Made by a program: the position numbers and the translations under genes
Virus genome (UHGV): UHGV-0087301
Source of the DNA: a virus
DNA length: 46,243 nt
Direction: 5' to 3' (one strand)
In this document: positions 7,303 to 15,749 of the stretch, one piece after another
Position numbering within the stretch: position 1 is the stretch's first letter
Layout of the letters: every line of letters begins with the position of its first letter
The notes under the pieces: model-generated
Told to the model about the DNA's origin: nothing
The model's database searches: none
Seen by the model: the letters and a program-made list of their open reading frames with translations, nothing else

Positions 7303-7883
7303 TCGATAAATCCTCTGGGTTCTTGTCGTAATTCTAAGAATTGCTTTTCTAAACCAGTTTGTCTTGATATCTCTAAGAGATTGAGCTTTCCAGATAGATA
7401 ATCTTGTTTCTGTTGATTGATTTCACGCTCGTAGTTTTCTAACAATTCTTTTCTTAAAAATTCACGTCTAGTTTCATCTGCTTCGCCTAGTCTAGTGAGA
7501 AAACTCGTTCCACCATAGACTTTTCGTAAGAACAAAGGCAAACTGTTGTAATTCTCTTTTGCCGTTCCGTATGTACGAGAACACTTTTTGCAAGCAACTC
7601 GCCATACTTTCTCAAAACTAGGTTGTGGAAATTGCGTGTCCTTTAGAATTTGTTGTTTCAGTGCTCCAATTAAGTCTGCAAAACTGTAAATCGGTTCACG
7701 GCTAGAAATAAGTTCATGTAATGCATTATGGACTTGTTTGCCAGTGAAGTGGGAGAAGTGAAGTTTTAAAGCGTTTGCGTTTGCTTGCATTTCTTCTTGT
7801 GTTGGATTTTCTATCAAAACTTGTTTTCCACTATACAAACTTCTTATTTCTATCAATAACTGAACACATTCTTTATCCGTCAT
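7299..7883 (-). CDS. Putative replicative helicase loader/inhibitor (G39P-like position)
   Basis: Directly downstream of the replisome organiser. MTxxExxxLLxxIxxLY N-terminus. Confidence 0.5.
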   Translation of the reverse strand: MTDKECVQLLIEIRSLYSGKQVLIENPTQEEMQANANALKLHFSHFTGKQVHNALHELISSREPIYSFADLIGALKQQILKDTQFPQPSFEKVWRVACKKCSRTYGTAKENYNSLPLFLRKVYGGTSFLTRLGEADETRREFLRKELLENYEREINQQKQDYLSGKLNLLEISRQTGLEKQFLELRQEPRGFIE

Positions 7884-8700
7884 TCTCTTCTGCCTCCATT
7901 TGTTTTAACCAATCTAAATATGGATTGTTGCTTTGTTTAGATTGTTTAACTTGCGTTGTGTAGTTGCCTTTATCTTGTTCTTTCGCTAACCAATTGTTTA
8001 TGAATTTTTTTACACCACGTTTTGTTTTACGTTTAGTAGGATTCGATAAACTCCAACCTCTCATTTTTCTAAGTTCCGCCATAACATCTACGTTAGGATA
8101 TAAACTTTGCATTTCTTGAACAAACTCAAAATAGATTGGGTATTCAGAATTATCATTCAGTGGGATATAGATGACGGCTTGTTCTGATTTATCAGTACAA
8201 GCTATATTACTTATATCTTTATCTATATCTTTATCTATATCTTTATCTATATCTAAACCTATATCTATATCTGCGTTCTCCGCTTGTTCTCCGTTTGTTC
8301 TCCTTTTGTTATCTTCGAACATTTCTATAAGTTTTGAATCGTCAATAGATATTCCAGAATTAAATGAATACGAGTTATTATCTTTTAGTTTTAATAATCT
8401 CTTTTCATCTGTATAGACTGTTTCGTGATACCTAGATTTAGATAACGTATTGTGCATACGCCAATGTTTGATGACGATAACTCCGTTCTCGAATGTAAGA
8501 AGGAATCTCTTAGCGATTAGAAGTTTTAAATCATCCTCGCTTGCCCCGACTAATCGTTGTATTCTTTTTGGGTTTCCAACAAATCCGTCATCATCTGCTC
8601 TCATGTTTAAGTGAAAGTAAAGACATTGAGCGGACAACGGCATATCCAAGAAAGCGTCTGAATCAACGATTTTGATATTAAACATTCTCTTGTTCGCCAT
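7873..8700 (-). CDS. Phage replisome organiser / replication initiator
   Basis: MANKRMF...DSDAFLDMPLSAQCLYFHLNMRADDDGFV N-terminal domain and a DIDK low-complexity linker. Confidence 0.85.
   Translation of the reverse strand: MANKRMFNIKIVDSDAFLDMPLSAQCLYFHLNMRADDDGFVGNPKRIQRLVGASEDDLKLLIAKRFLLTFENGVIVIKHWRMHNTLSKSRYHETVYTDEKRLLKLKDNNSYSFNSGISIDDSKLIEMFEDNKRRTNGEQAENADIDIGLDIDKDIDKDIDKDISNIACTDKSEQAVIYIPLNDNSEYPIYFEFVQEMQSLYPNVDVMAELRKMRGWSLSNPTKRKTKRGVKKFINNWLAKEQDKGNYTTQVKQSKQSNNPYLDWLKQMEAEENDG
8213..8272. repeat. 12-bp intragenic repeats, candidate origin iterons
   Basis: ATATCTTTATCT x3 plus two degenerate copies inside the initiator gene. Confidence 0.5.
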
Positions 8701-8703
8701 TGT

Positions 8704-8892
8704 TTACTCCTTTGATTCGCATACATTTTTCTTTAAAAACAAGTTTTCGTTGACATAGTCTGCAAATTCTAAAACTCTCAAAATTTCACCTTTTGATAAA
8801 TCATCTTGATTTTCTAAGACATAATCGCTTGCTTTCACTTTAATGTCGTTAAAATCTATTGATACGCTAAATCCAATTTCCATTTTTTTCAC
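8704..8892 (-). CDS. Hypothetical protein
   Basis: 62-aa ORF with AAGGAG RBS. Confidence 0.55.
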   Translation of the reverse strand: MKKMEIGFSVSIDFNDIKVKASDYVLENQDDLSKGEILRVLEFADYVNENLFLKKNVCESKE

Positions 8893-8904
8893 TCCTTCAA
8901 AAAT

Positions 8905-9339
8905 TTATCGCTCATCTGAACCCCCTATTTCTTTTATATCAACCTCAACACATGGAATTGAATCGTAGTTTTTCGTTACGACTAAATTGACAACTTGTTT
9001 ATCGTCCATAAACGCTATGCCATTCAGTGAATCCAGCACAATCTTTGCGATATTGTCGCAATCGGGTTTCTTTGTTGGTTTTATCATCCCCATTTCTGCT
9101 TGTTCTTTTTTCTTCTTTGAGAACGATTTAGGAATCGGGAAATAAGAATTTATTCGAACAACTAATTCACCTTCCAAAGGTTTATATTCAGGGTGTTCAA
9201 TCAAGAAACGTTCTTTGACATATGTTTCATAATTGACTGTTTTCTGAGGCGTATATGTTTTTACAAACTGTCCTTGCCTTGAAAACTTAGGTCTTTGTTT
9301 CCCCATTGGCTCTCCTGGTATCTCAAATCTGTATCTCAT
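8905..9339 (-). CDS. rusA: RusA-family Holliday junction resolvase
   Basis: GKQRP and KPDCDNIAKxxLDSLNGIAFxDDKQV motifs. Confidence 0.92.
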   Translation of the reverse strand: MRYRFEIPGEPMGKQRPKFSRQGQFVKTYTPQKTVNYETYVKERFLIEHPEYKPLEGELVVRINSYFPIPKSFSKKKKEQAEMGMIKPTKKPDCDNIAKIVLDSLNGIAFMDDKQVVNLVVTKNYDSIPCVEVDIKEIGGSDER

Positions 9340-9822
9340 TTAATTTCCCCCATTCTCATACTTGATAGCTTCGAGTAATTTCTTCCATGCATTGCAGATA
9401 TTCTCTGCACTTTGATAAGCGTTTTTAAAGCGTGTGAGCTTGCATTCAAGGTCTGATAAGGTATTTCTATCCTTGATGAGTTTTTGCTCGGCTATACCCT
9501 CAAAATAGGACATGGCAGGAACTTTACTATCAGGATTCTTTGTCTTATATTCATCTCTAGCGATATAAGCGTATATTTTACTGTTCGCACTTAGTTCGTC
9601 TCGAACTCTGTTTCGTTCTTTCACATATCGTGCGATACATTCTCCAAAGAGAAACAACTGATTCGATACGTTCTCTATGTTCTTAGCAATTTGATAGGGT
9701 GTATCTGCATCGTTGTCTATGCAGGAAATCAAATAATCCACTTGATTGGCAATTTCTTCTTCTGTCCAGTCTTTCATTTGAAATGGATTGAACATATACA
9801 CGTTCTGTCCATCAATTAGCAT
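9340..9822 (-). CDS. Hypothetical helical protein
   Basis: 160-aa ORF within the operon. Confidence 0.65.
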   Translation of the reverse strand: MLIDGQNVYMFNPFQMKDWTEEEIANQVDYLISCIDNDADTPYQIAKNIENVSNQLFLFGECIARYVKERNRVRDELSANSKIYAYIARDEYKTKNPDSKVPAMSYFEGIAEQKLIKDRNTLSDLECKLTRFKNAYQSAENICNAWKKLLEAIKYENGGN

Positions 9823-10204
9823 TTTCCATCACCAACTTTCTTTGTCTGTACTCGGCATAGATACTTGAAGTGTTTCCGTATCTATTTCTGAATTTTTCGA
9901 TATAGTCTGTTTTGAATACTTCCATGAATTCTTCATGACTGTATCTATCTTCAAATGCCATTTGACACATGGCTTGAATTCGTAACTCTAAGTTTCTATC
10001 GTTATGGATTGAGTAATTTGTTTGATTATGCCAATCAGGTCTTAACCATATCCAACAACCATACTCAGTAGACTTATCACGGAATGCACCTCTGTATACG
10101 TGGTGTATACAAAGGTTTTCTTCACGTGGTTCTCTAGTAAAGAAGCATTCCTTGATTTGTCCTTGTAATAAGTTTTCGTTATACAAGACTGTCTCCCAAA
10201 TCAC
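9812..10204 (-). CDS. HNH/Ref-like nuclease-related protein
   Basis: HHVYRG...WLRPDWHN...IH pattern. The usual Zn-binding Cys residues are partly replaced. Confidence 0.5.
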   Translation of the reverse strand: MIWETVLYNENLLQGQIKECFFTREPREENLCIHHVYRGAFRDKSTEYGCWIWLRPDWHNQTNYSIHNDRNLELRIQAMCQMAFEDRYSHEEFMEVFKTDYIEKFRNRYGNTSSIYAEYRQRKLVMENAN

Positions 10205-10907
10205 TCTCCTGTTCTATAACTTGTTGCTGAACAGGTTGTTGAAAGTTTTGTTGAACTGGTTTAGGTTGTTCAATTGGTGTTGTATCAACCATAGGCATTT
10301 GAATGTCTCCTTGTTCCTCTTCGGTATATAAATTATTCAAATCGTTAGGGAATGCCTCTCTTAAAGCTTGCACTAAGGCAACTTTTTTAATCATTGTGGC
10401 TGGTCTGTTCGCCCAGTTGCTATTTAAATTTCCATCTTTAGTTCGTCCAGCATACTCTTCAAAAGTAACTTGAACATCGCTAGGATATTTTCTATCTTTT
10501 CGATAGACCTTTGCCCATCCACCTACAACTTGTTCGCTATCCTTTAAGAAGAAACCACCTTTACGTTCGATTATCTCACCATTTCCATTCATAACGATGA
10601 TTCCACTTTCTGCTCCATCGTATTGAGAATTAGCTTCTGCACGTTTTAAAAACGCTTCTTTCGATACAACAAATGTTGCAGGTTGTTGTCCAAACTTGAT
10701 TAGATAAATCTCTTTCAAGAATGGATTCAATCCTTGCCCTCGGCATAAATGAACAAAGTAATTTACTTCTTGATCTGTAACTGTTCCATTTCCATTTGTT
10801 AAATAGTTACGAACGATACTAGGACTTAATGTAACTTTGTCATTTCCTACCTGAAATTCTGTAACTGATTCTGTTGGTCTATTTGCTAAACTATTTTTTA
10901 CTTGCAT
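10179..10907 (-). CDS. bet: Bet/RecT-family single-strand annealing recombinase
   Basis: LNPFLKEIYLIK, GGWAKVYRKDR and W...PATMIKKVALVQALREAFP motifs. Confidence 0.92.
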   Translation of the reverse strand: MQVKNSLANRPTESVTEFQVGNDKVTLSPSIVRNYLTNGNGTVTDQEVNYFVHLCRGQGLNPFLKEIYLIKFGQQPATFVVSKEAFLKRAEANSQYDGAESGIIVMNGNGEIIERKGGFFLKDSEQVVGGWAKVYRKDRKYPSDVQVTFEEYAGRTKDGNLNSNWANRPATMIKKVALVQALREAFPNDLNNLYTEEEQGDIQMPMVDTTPIEQPKPVQQNFQQPVQQQVIEQESDLGDSLV

Positions 10908-10908
10908 C

Positions 10909-11760
10909 TTATAACTCTCCTTTATTTGTTACTTTAAATTCAAATGATGTATTGTTTCTCAAATTGACTAATACCTTTGTTAGTTCTAATAATTGTTCAC
11001 GTTTTCCCTCAACTCTGAACTCTGCCCAATTTGTATTTTTTTCTACAACCTTATTTTCAGGCTCGTTAGGTATGCTCTGTTCAAAATGTAAAGGTTCTTG
11101 AACTATTTGTTCTTCCTTTTGTTTTTGCCTCTCTACAGTCTCTCTGATACGCTTTAAATCGTCTGCTTTAACTTTGGCACGCATTAAATCATAATCTTGG
11201 AAATACACTTCCTTGATTTGAGCGATATCTGTTTCATCACTAGGTAAGAACGTTTCCATAAAACCTAAATCCTGAATGATTTTGTCATAGATAGCACTCA
11301 AGTCTTTTTCAATGGATTTGTTTGAAGTTGTTTTGTTCAACCATTTCTCATTGAATTTTGGGGTTAAGTCATAATGTTCTCCATTTCCTTTGCTATCTAG
11401 AAGTGTTTGCCATGCTTCATAGATATGTTTACGTTTTTCTTCTTTTAAGGTATCTTCAATGTCTGTGATACCTTGTCCTAAACTGTCGGCACATTGTTTG
11501 ATTTTCTTTTCAATGTCCATGATGTTTTTCTTGTCCTCTTTCCATTCTGAGAACAAATCATCTTCAACACGTTTCCTTTCATCTGAAACCATCTTCACAA
11601 TGGAATTCAATTGAGCACGGTCTTTCTTTGCCTGCTCGTATGTGTTTTCTGTAACAACGTAGTCATAATGTTTCAGTCCGTTATCAATGTTTGCTAACAA
11701 TTCCTTAGCATTTGTAACAACCTTGCCATTCAATACTGTTGCTTCTAATTCAAATTGCAT
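10909..11760 (-). CDS. DUF1351-like coiled-coil protein
   Basis: YVVTExxxxxAKKDRAxLN and KWLNKT motifs, in the usual position between YqaJ and Bet. Confidence 0.75.
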   Translation of the reverse strand: MQFELEATVLNGKVVTNAKELLANIDNGLKHYDYVVTENTYEQAKKDRAQLNSIVKMVSDERKRVEDDLFSEWKEDKKNIMDIEKKIKQCADSLGQGITDIEDTLKEEKRKHIYEAWQTLLDSKGNGEHYDLTPKFNEKWLNKTTSNKSIEKDLSAIYDKIIQDLGFMETFLPSDETDIAQIKEVYFQDYDLMRAKVKADDLKRIRETVERQKQKEEQIVQEPLHFEQSIPNEPENKVVEKNTNWAEFRVEGKREQLLELTKVLVNLRNNTSFEFKVTNKGEL

Positions 11761-11761
11761 T

Positions 11762-11905
11762 TTATTTTTTCACCCTTTCATATGTGTAGCCGAATAAGAT
11801 TTCACTTACGATATTCACCCAACAATCATGTATGGAATTGCCATACATAAATCGAACAAAGTCTGTCAATCCAGTAACGCAATTCTCTTTTTGTATTTCT
11901 GTCAT
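11762..11905 (-). CDS. Small hypothetical protein (47 aa, not in ORF track)
   Basis: AGGAGG RBS, MTEIQKENC..., and it fills the gap exactly. Confidence 0.5.
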   Translation of the reverse strand: MTEIQKENCVTGLTDFVRFMYGNSIHDCWVNIVSEILFGYTYERVKK

Positions 11906-11918
11906 TCCCTTTCCTCCT

Positions 11919-12590
11919 TTAAAGTTCAAATTGTATTTTTGGCTCGATATCTCCTATGAAATATGTTTGCCAATTCTTATGTCCTGTTTCGATAATGTAT
12001 TCGATATCATCTAGGACTTCTTTTCTTTCGATGTGATATTGACGAATGGATGCATTTCCATCCATGAATCGTAGCTCTGCGATTAAATCTACAAACTCAT
12101 ATCCAGTAACAATCAATCCATGTAATACCTGAACAAAATATGCATCAGGAATTTTGTTATCCCAATCCTTTAGCATGGAAGAATTGCGAATGAATGATGT
12201 TTTTATTTCTAGGATTCCTGCTCTTGCTCCATCCCAAATCAATCCATCAGGCGAATATGACATATACTCGTATTTCTTGGAATAAAGGATTGCGTTTTCT
12301 TCGTACTGAACATCCATTGTTGGATGCTTTACTCTGAACATTTCTCTTAGAATTGGCTCTAATGCATTTCCATAACGAATTGCTTCGTTGTCGATTTCCT
12401 CAGTAATTCCTTTTTTCTTTTTTCGCCATAAATCCCTGAGCGATTGATATTTGTTTATACCAATCAAAGAACTGGCTTCACTTCCACCAATTCTTGTTTC
12501 TCTTGCTTTTAGCCATTCTTCACGAGAATTGAGCTTGATGAATTCAAACTCGTTATTGCTTTCGTATAAGTTCATGAGTGAAGTATGCAC
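11919..12590 (-). CDS. yqaJ: YqaJ/lambda-exonuclease-family recombination nuclease
   Basis: WLxxRxxxIGGSE, YGNxLE, SPDG, LEIKT and YxxQV motifs. Confidence 0.92.
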   Translation of the reverse strand: MHTSLMNLYESNNEFEFIKLNSREEWLKARETRIGGSEASSLIGINKYQSLRDLWRKKKKGITEEIDNEAIRYGNALEPILREMFRVKHPTMDVQYEENAILYSKKYEYMSYSPDGLIWDGARAGILEIKTSFIRNSSMLKDWDNKIPDAYFVQVLHGLIVTGYEFVDLIAELRFMDGNASIRQYHIERKEVLDDIEYIIETGHKNWQTYFIGDIEPKIQFEL

Positions 12591-12793
12591 TCTCCATAAT
12601 GTACATCTTCTCCTTTCAAGTTCTTCTTGTGTTTATACTGTGTTTCAATGACATATCCCTCGGCTCTTAAATCTGCGATACGTGCAGACAGTCGATAGAT
12701 ACCTAGTTTTTCAAATGCTTCTGCTCCAGTTATGCTTCCATGTTCTTTTAGATGTTGCAGAAGCAAATCACACTGAGATGGTTTACCTTTCAT
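12572..12793 (-). CDS. Winged helix-turn-helix protein
   Basis: GSITxxEAxxxLGIYRLSARIxDLRxxGYxI motif. Confidence 0.8.
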   Translation of the reverse strand: MKGKPSQCDLLLQHLKEHGSITGAEAFEKLGIYRLSARIADLRAEGYVIETQYKHKKNLKGEDVHYGECILHS

Positions 12794-13077
12794 ATTTCAA
12801 CCCCCAATCCAAATCTCAGAAATACAAATATCGAAAACACTAAGAGTGCGATAATGACTGAAATTGAGATGGAAGCAAACACTTTGAATTGATGAATACG
12901 TTCATTGGTTTTCTTGATGCGTTGTTGATGATTGTAATAATCGAACTTGCCCCAATTGACATTTCCAAATTCAGGAATTTCAAATTGTTGTTCCATAAGA
13001 GCTTCATATTTTTTAGTAGCAGTTGATTTTCTTGTTGAAGTCCTTGTTGAAGTCTTAGTAGCAGTAGTCCTAATCAT
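12790..13077 (-). CDS. Membrane-anchored hypothetical protein
   Basis: T/S/K-rich N-terminus and a C-terminal hydrophobic helix. Likely start MIRTT. Confidence 0.6.
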   Translation of the reverse strand: MIRTTATKTSTRTSTRKSTATKKYEALMEQQFEIPEFGNVNWGKFDYYNHQQRIKKTNERIHQFKVFASISISVIIALLVFSIFVFLRFGLGVEI

Positions 13078-13393
13078 AGTTATCACCAAATGCATCTTCC
13101 CCATTCAGGAAGTCCTTGCACGCATGAATCTTAGCTAATGAATAGTTGTAATTCATGCTATCTTTGATTGATTTCATCCAATCTTCCATTTCATCTTCTG
13201 CACATTTGATGGCTTTAATTTCATCGTTCTCATCCATGATTTGATAAAGAATGTTTAACATCTCGTAATAGGTTGAGATGTATTCAGGATTACTTCTCTT
13301 TTCCCAATCGTTGAATGAATCGTCTGATTCGATAAATGAATCAATGTGTTTGTTATCTTCGATATCCCTAAGTTGTTGTAATGTCATCATCAT
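13070..13393 (-). CDS. Acidic hypothetical protein
   Basis: 107-aa ORF with a GGGGG RBS. Confidence 0.7.
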   Translation of the reverse strand: MMMTLQQLRDIEDNKHIDSFIESDDSFNDWEKRSNPEYISTYYEMLNILYQIMDENDEIKAIKCAEDEMEDWMKSIKDSMNYNYSLAKIHACKDFLNGEDAFGDNYD

Positions 13394-13414
13394 TTCCCCC
13401 TTTTGTTTTCTATG

Positions 13415-13505
13415 TGCTATAATGGAAATGGCTTTATTTTTGAGCCATTTACCTCATGAGTTATCTGTCGGTTTGGTCGCCTAAGCAGATAACTCTTTTT
13501 CTTTT
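13415..13505 (+). ncRNA. Putative antisense sRNA with its own promoter and terminator
   Basis: TGcTATAAT at 13415-13423. Stem at 13426-13433/13443-13450. 10-bp stem at 13458-13467/13486-13495 followed by a T-tract on the plus strand only. Confidence 0.5.
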
Positions 13506-13699
13506 TCCCTAATCGCCTGCTTTAAATTAGGGTAATATTTCAAGAATACGGATTTTGGTATCACGATTCTTGATAAATGCTTACATTCGTATGTGTCGCT
13601 CCACCCTGATAATGTTCTTAATTCTAAAATCACTTCATATGCTTTTCCTTTGGAACATTTCATAAGCTCCATAACTTCTTTATATCCTAGGTAGCTCAT
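13481..13699 (-). CDS. Excisionase-like HTH protein
   Basis: YLGYKEVMELMKCSKGKAYEVIxxL...IPKxxF. Likely start MSY is coupled to the upstream stop. Confidence 0.6.
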   Translation of the reverse strand: MSYLGYKEVMELMKCSKGKAYEVILELRTLSGWSDTYECKHLSRIVIPKSVFLKYYPNLKQAIREKEKELSA

Positions 13700-13962
13700 A
13701 CGAATAAGCTCCAAAGTAACAGGCATAACGTAAGAATCAGGAATACTGTTAAACGATCAATTTTGGAATTCATTTTGTGAATTTCCTCTCTCGTTTGAAT
13801 GTAATCATCAGATAGTTGCTTTAACAAAGTGGTTGTTTTCTTACTGAACTCGGTATTCACTTTGTTAAACTGTCTTTGTTTTGCGATAAAGTTATTGGTG
13901 TTGGTTTGAAACAACATTTCCAATTCTTTATCTTCAAGACCAGTCCAATTTTCGTCTTTCAT
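13696..13962 (-). CDS. Coiled-coil protein with C-terminal membrane anchor
   Basis: AGGAGG RBS and a hydrophobic C-terminus. Confidence 0.65.
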   Translation of the reverse strand: MKDENWTGLEDKELEMLFQTNTNNFIAKQRQFNKVNTEFSKKTTTLLKQLSDDYIQTREEIHKMNSKIDRLTVFLILTLCLLLWSLFV

Positions 13963-13971
13963 TCGCCCCTC

Positions 13972-14181
13972 CTACTTAAAAATTTCGTTTGGTTCAACGC
14001 CTAGTCCGTAAGCAATTCTAGGGATATGCTCAACCTTTAACTGCTTTCGGAAATTAAGAATGTTGCTAAATTGTTGGTCTGTGAATCCAGCTTTTTCGGC
14101 AACGAATCCTTGTTTTAACCCTTTTTCGTTAAGAATGTTTTTAATGTTTGTAACAATCTTCACGTAATTATCGCTTGTCAA
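13972..14181 (-). CDS. cro: Cro-like XRE HTH regulator
   Basis: NIKxxLxEKGLKQxxVAEKAG...FSNIL...IAxxLGVxxNEIF. TTG start after AGGAGGTG. Confidence 0.85.
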   Translation of the reverse strand: MTSDNYVKIVTNIKNILNEKGLKQGFVAEKAGFTDQQFSNILNFRKQLKVEHIPRIAYGLGVEPNEIFK

Positions 14182-14198
14182 ATTCCCACCTCCTCTTT

Positions 14199-14314
14199 TT
14201 ACAAGTTTCTTGTAATCACAACTACATAATATCAAAGTATCTTGTAATGTCAACACTTTTTTACAAATTTCTTGTAATTTTTTTATTGAGCGATTTGTAA
14301 AATGTAGTTATAAT
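14199..14314. promoter_or_regulatory. Lysis/lysogeny switch: three 17-bp operators and divergent promoters
   Basis: TTACAAG-N3-CTTGTAA at 14199-14215 (perfect), with variants at 14231-14247 and 14261-14277. Minus-strand TTGACA-16-TATTAT at 14253-14226. Plus-strand TTGAGC-17-TATAAT at 14286-14314. Confidence 0.8.
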
Positions 14315-14333
14315 GAAATTGTGAGGTGAAACC

Positions 14334-14468
14334 ATGAGTATAGGAAGTAGAATCAAAGAAAAGCGAAAACATTTGCACAAAAATAAAAGAGCCTATTCAA
14401 GGCTCTTAAAACAAAGAAAATTTAAGATTGAAAACTTAGAAAACGGATATAAATTGCCATTAATATGA
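14334..14468 (+). pseudogene. Truncated CI-like repressor
   Basis: GAGGTG RBS. MSIGSRIKEKRK is a typical XRE repressor start. The frame then runs into a terminator and non-coding sequence and stops at 44 aa. Confidence 0.7.
14379..14407 (-). terminator. Intrinsic terminator of the large ncRNA
   Basis: AAGAGCC-ttgaata-GGCTCTT followed by TTATTTTT. Confidence 0.75.
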
Positions 14469-15035
14469 AAACATCTGACTTTCGCCATACATAACACTTG
14501 ATCGTGTATATTCAGACACATTGAGAATAAGTCTGAGCTATAAGTTGCGACCTTATAGCTTCTTACCCTTTTGAACCAACGAGGGGAATAATACCCCCAA
14601 CTTTCACTCGTCTTTCAGAATGTCTAATTTCATTAAGCTTTCCAAATAGAAATTAATCGTCGTTTCTCTAATTGCACTCTGAGCTACTTGTACCTGCTAC
14701 TTGTCTTATAGTGTATTTCTACACATCACGTGCAATGTCTTTGTTGGGTATTTCCTACATTGGCTTTATATAGCTCCCACTATATCGCTTGTAGGAGAGG
14801 ACGTGTTTCCACGACTTTTTATTGCAGACACGACAAGTTCAGTTCCTTTACATATTTCAAGGTATGCACACGTGGTTAAGTTTGAGGTTTCCTCATTCAG
14901 GATATATATTGCTACATATCCAACTTCTTCCTGATAAACTATCGTTTCATCAGGCAATAAGCCTTGTTTAGCCACGCTCCATGCAAGTTGACACCTCTCT
15001 TCACATGGTTGACATTTTCATATCAAAGAACAATT
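14452..15035 (-). ncRNA. Large structured ncRNA, ROOL-like (~580 nt)
   Basis: 16-bp closing helix 15011-15026/14460-14475 with three G-U pairs on the minus strand only. Multiple GNRA-capped hairpins. Own promoter and terminator. Size and phage context match ROOL. Confidence 0.75.
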
Positions 15036-15043
15036 ACGAGGGT

Positions 15044-15072
15044 ATTTTAACACCTGAAATTTCCAAAGTGAA
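15044..15072 (-). promoter_or_regulatory. Promoter of the large ncRNA
   Basis: TTCACT-17 bp-TAAAAT with TG extension, 8 nt upstream of the extended closing helix. Confidence 0.6.
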
Positions 15073-15117
15073 CTATTCTTGAATCAATTTTATGAATTTT
15101 TGTTTTGATCCAAAGCA

Positions 15118-15150
15118 TAAAAAACTACCCTCTTTTTGAAGGTAGTTTTT
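15118..15150. terminator. Bidirectional terminator (originally following the endolysin gene)
   Basis: AAAAACTACC...GGTAGTTTTT stem flanked by A and T tracts. Confidence 0.75.
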
Positions 15151-15272
15151 ATATTTTGAGCCGTAAAACCACCACGCTTTAGCTTGGTGGATGTAAAGCA
15201 GTTTGAGCAGCTTAGGCTGGCGGTTGACCTTGTGTATCGTTAGAAAATATAACACCACACGGAGGTCAACGA

Positions 15273-15686
15273 ATGGATACAAAGTACAGAAGTAAAGGGC
15301 ATTGCAAGTTCTTGTTACGATATCATCTCATCTTGGTTTGCAAGTATCGGTTGAAACTGATGAGTGCCAGTAATATATCCAGTGACATCAAAAAGCTGTC
15401 TGAGCAAATAGCTAAGAAACACAATGTTGACATCTGGTATCTTGAGTCGGACAAAGACCATATTCACTACATGATTGAAGTAGAACCAAATACGAATCTT
15501 GCAAATTTCGTTAAGACTTTAAAGTCCTACACGACCTATCACATTTGGAAGAAATATCCAAATTACCTGCGAAAATGTTTCTGGAAAGAACGTACATTTT
15601 GGTCTGACGGTTACTTCATCGCGTCGATTGGCGAAGTTAGTTCTGACACCTTGAAAGAATATATCGAAAATCAAGGAAAGTCTTGA
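15273..15686 (+). CDS. tnpA: Y1 HUH transposase
   Basis: YHLILVCKYR, DHIH (HUH), FWSDGYF and YIENQ motifs. Confidence 0.95.
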   Translation: MDTKYRSKGHCKFLLRYHLILVCKYRLKLMSASNISSDIKKLSEQIAKKHNVDIWYLESDKDHIHYMIEVEPNTNLANFVKTLKSYTTYHIWKKYPNYLRKCFWKERTFWSDGYFIASIGEVSSDTLKEYIENQGKS

Positions 15687-15711
15687 CAAATTCTAAACCT
15701 TACAATATAGT
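15683..15711 (+). promoter_or_regulatory. Internal tnpB promoter
   Basis: TTGACA-17 bp-TATAGT overlapping the tnpA stop codon. Confidence 0.55.
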
Positions 15712-15749
15712 ATAAATATATTAAAGTTTAGAAAAGTGGTGAGAACAAA

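Noticed and set aside
14701..15282. ORFs 14701..14934, 14766..14975 and 15073..15282
   Set aside because: They overlap the structured RNA, the terminator or the IS left end. The RNA and IS signals explain the sequence better.
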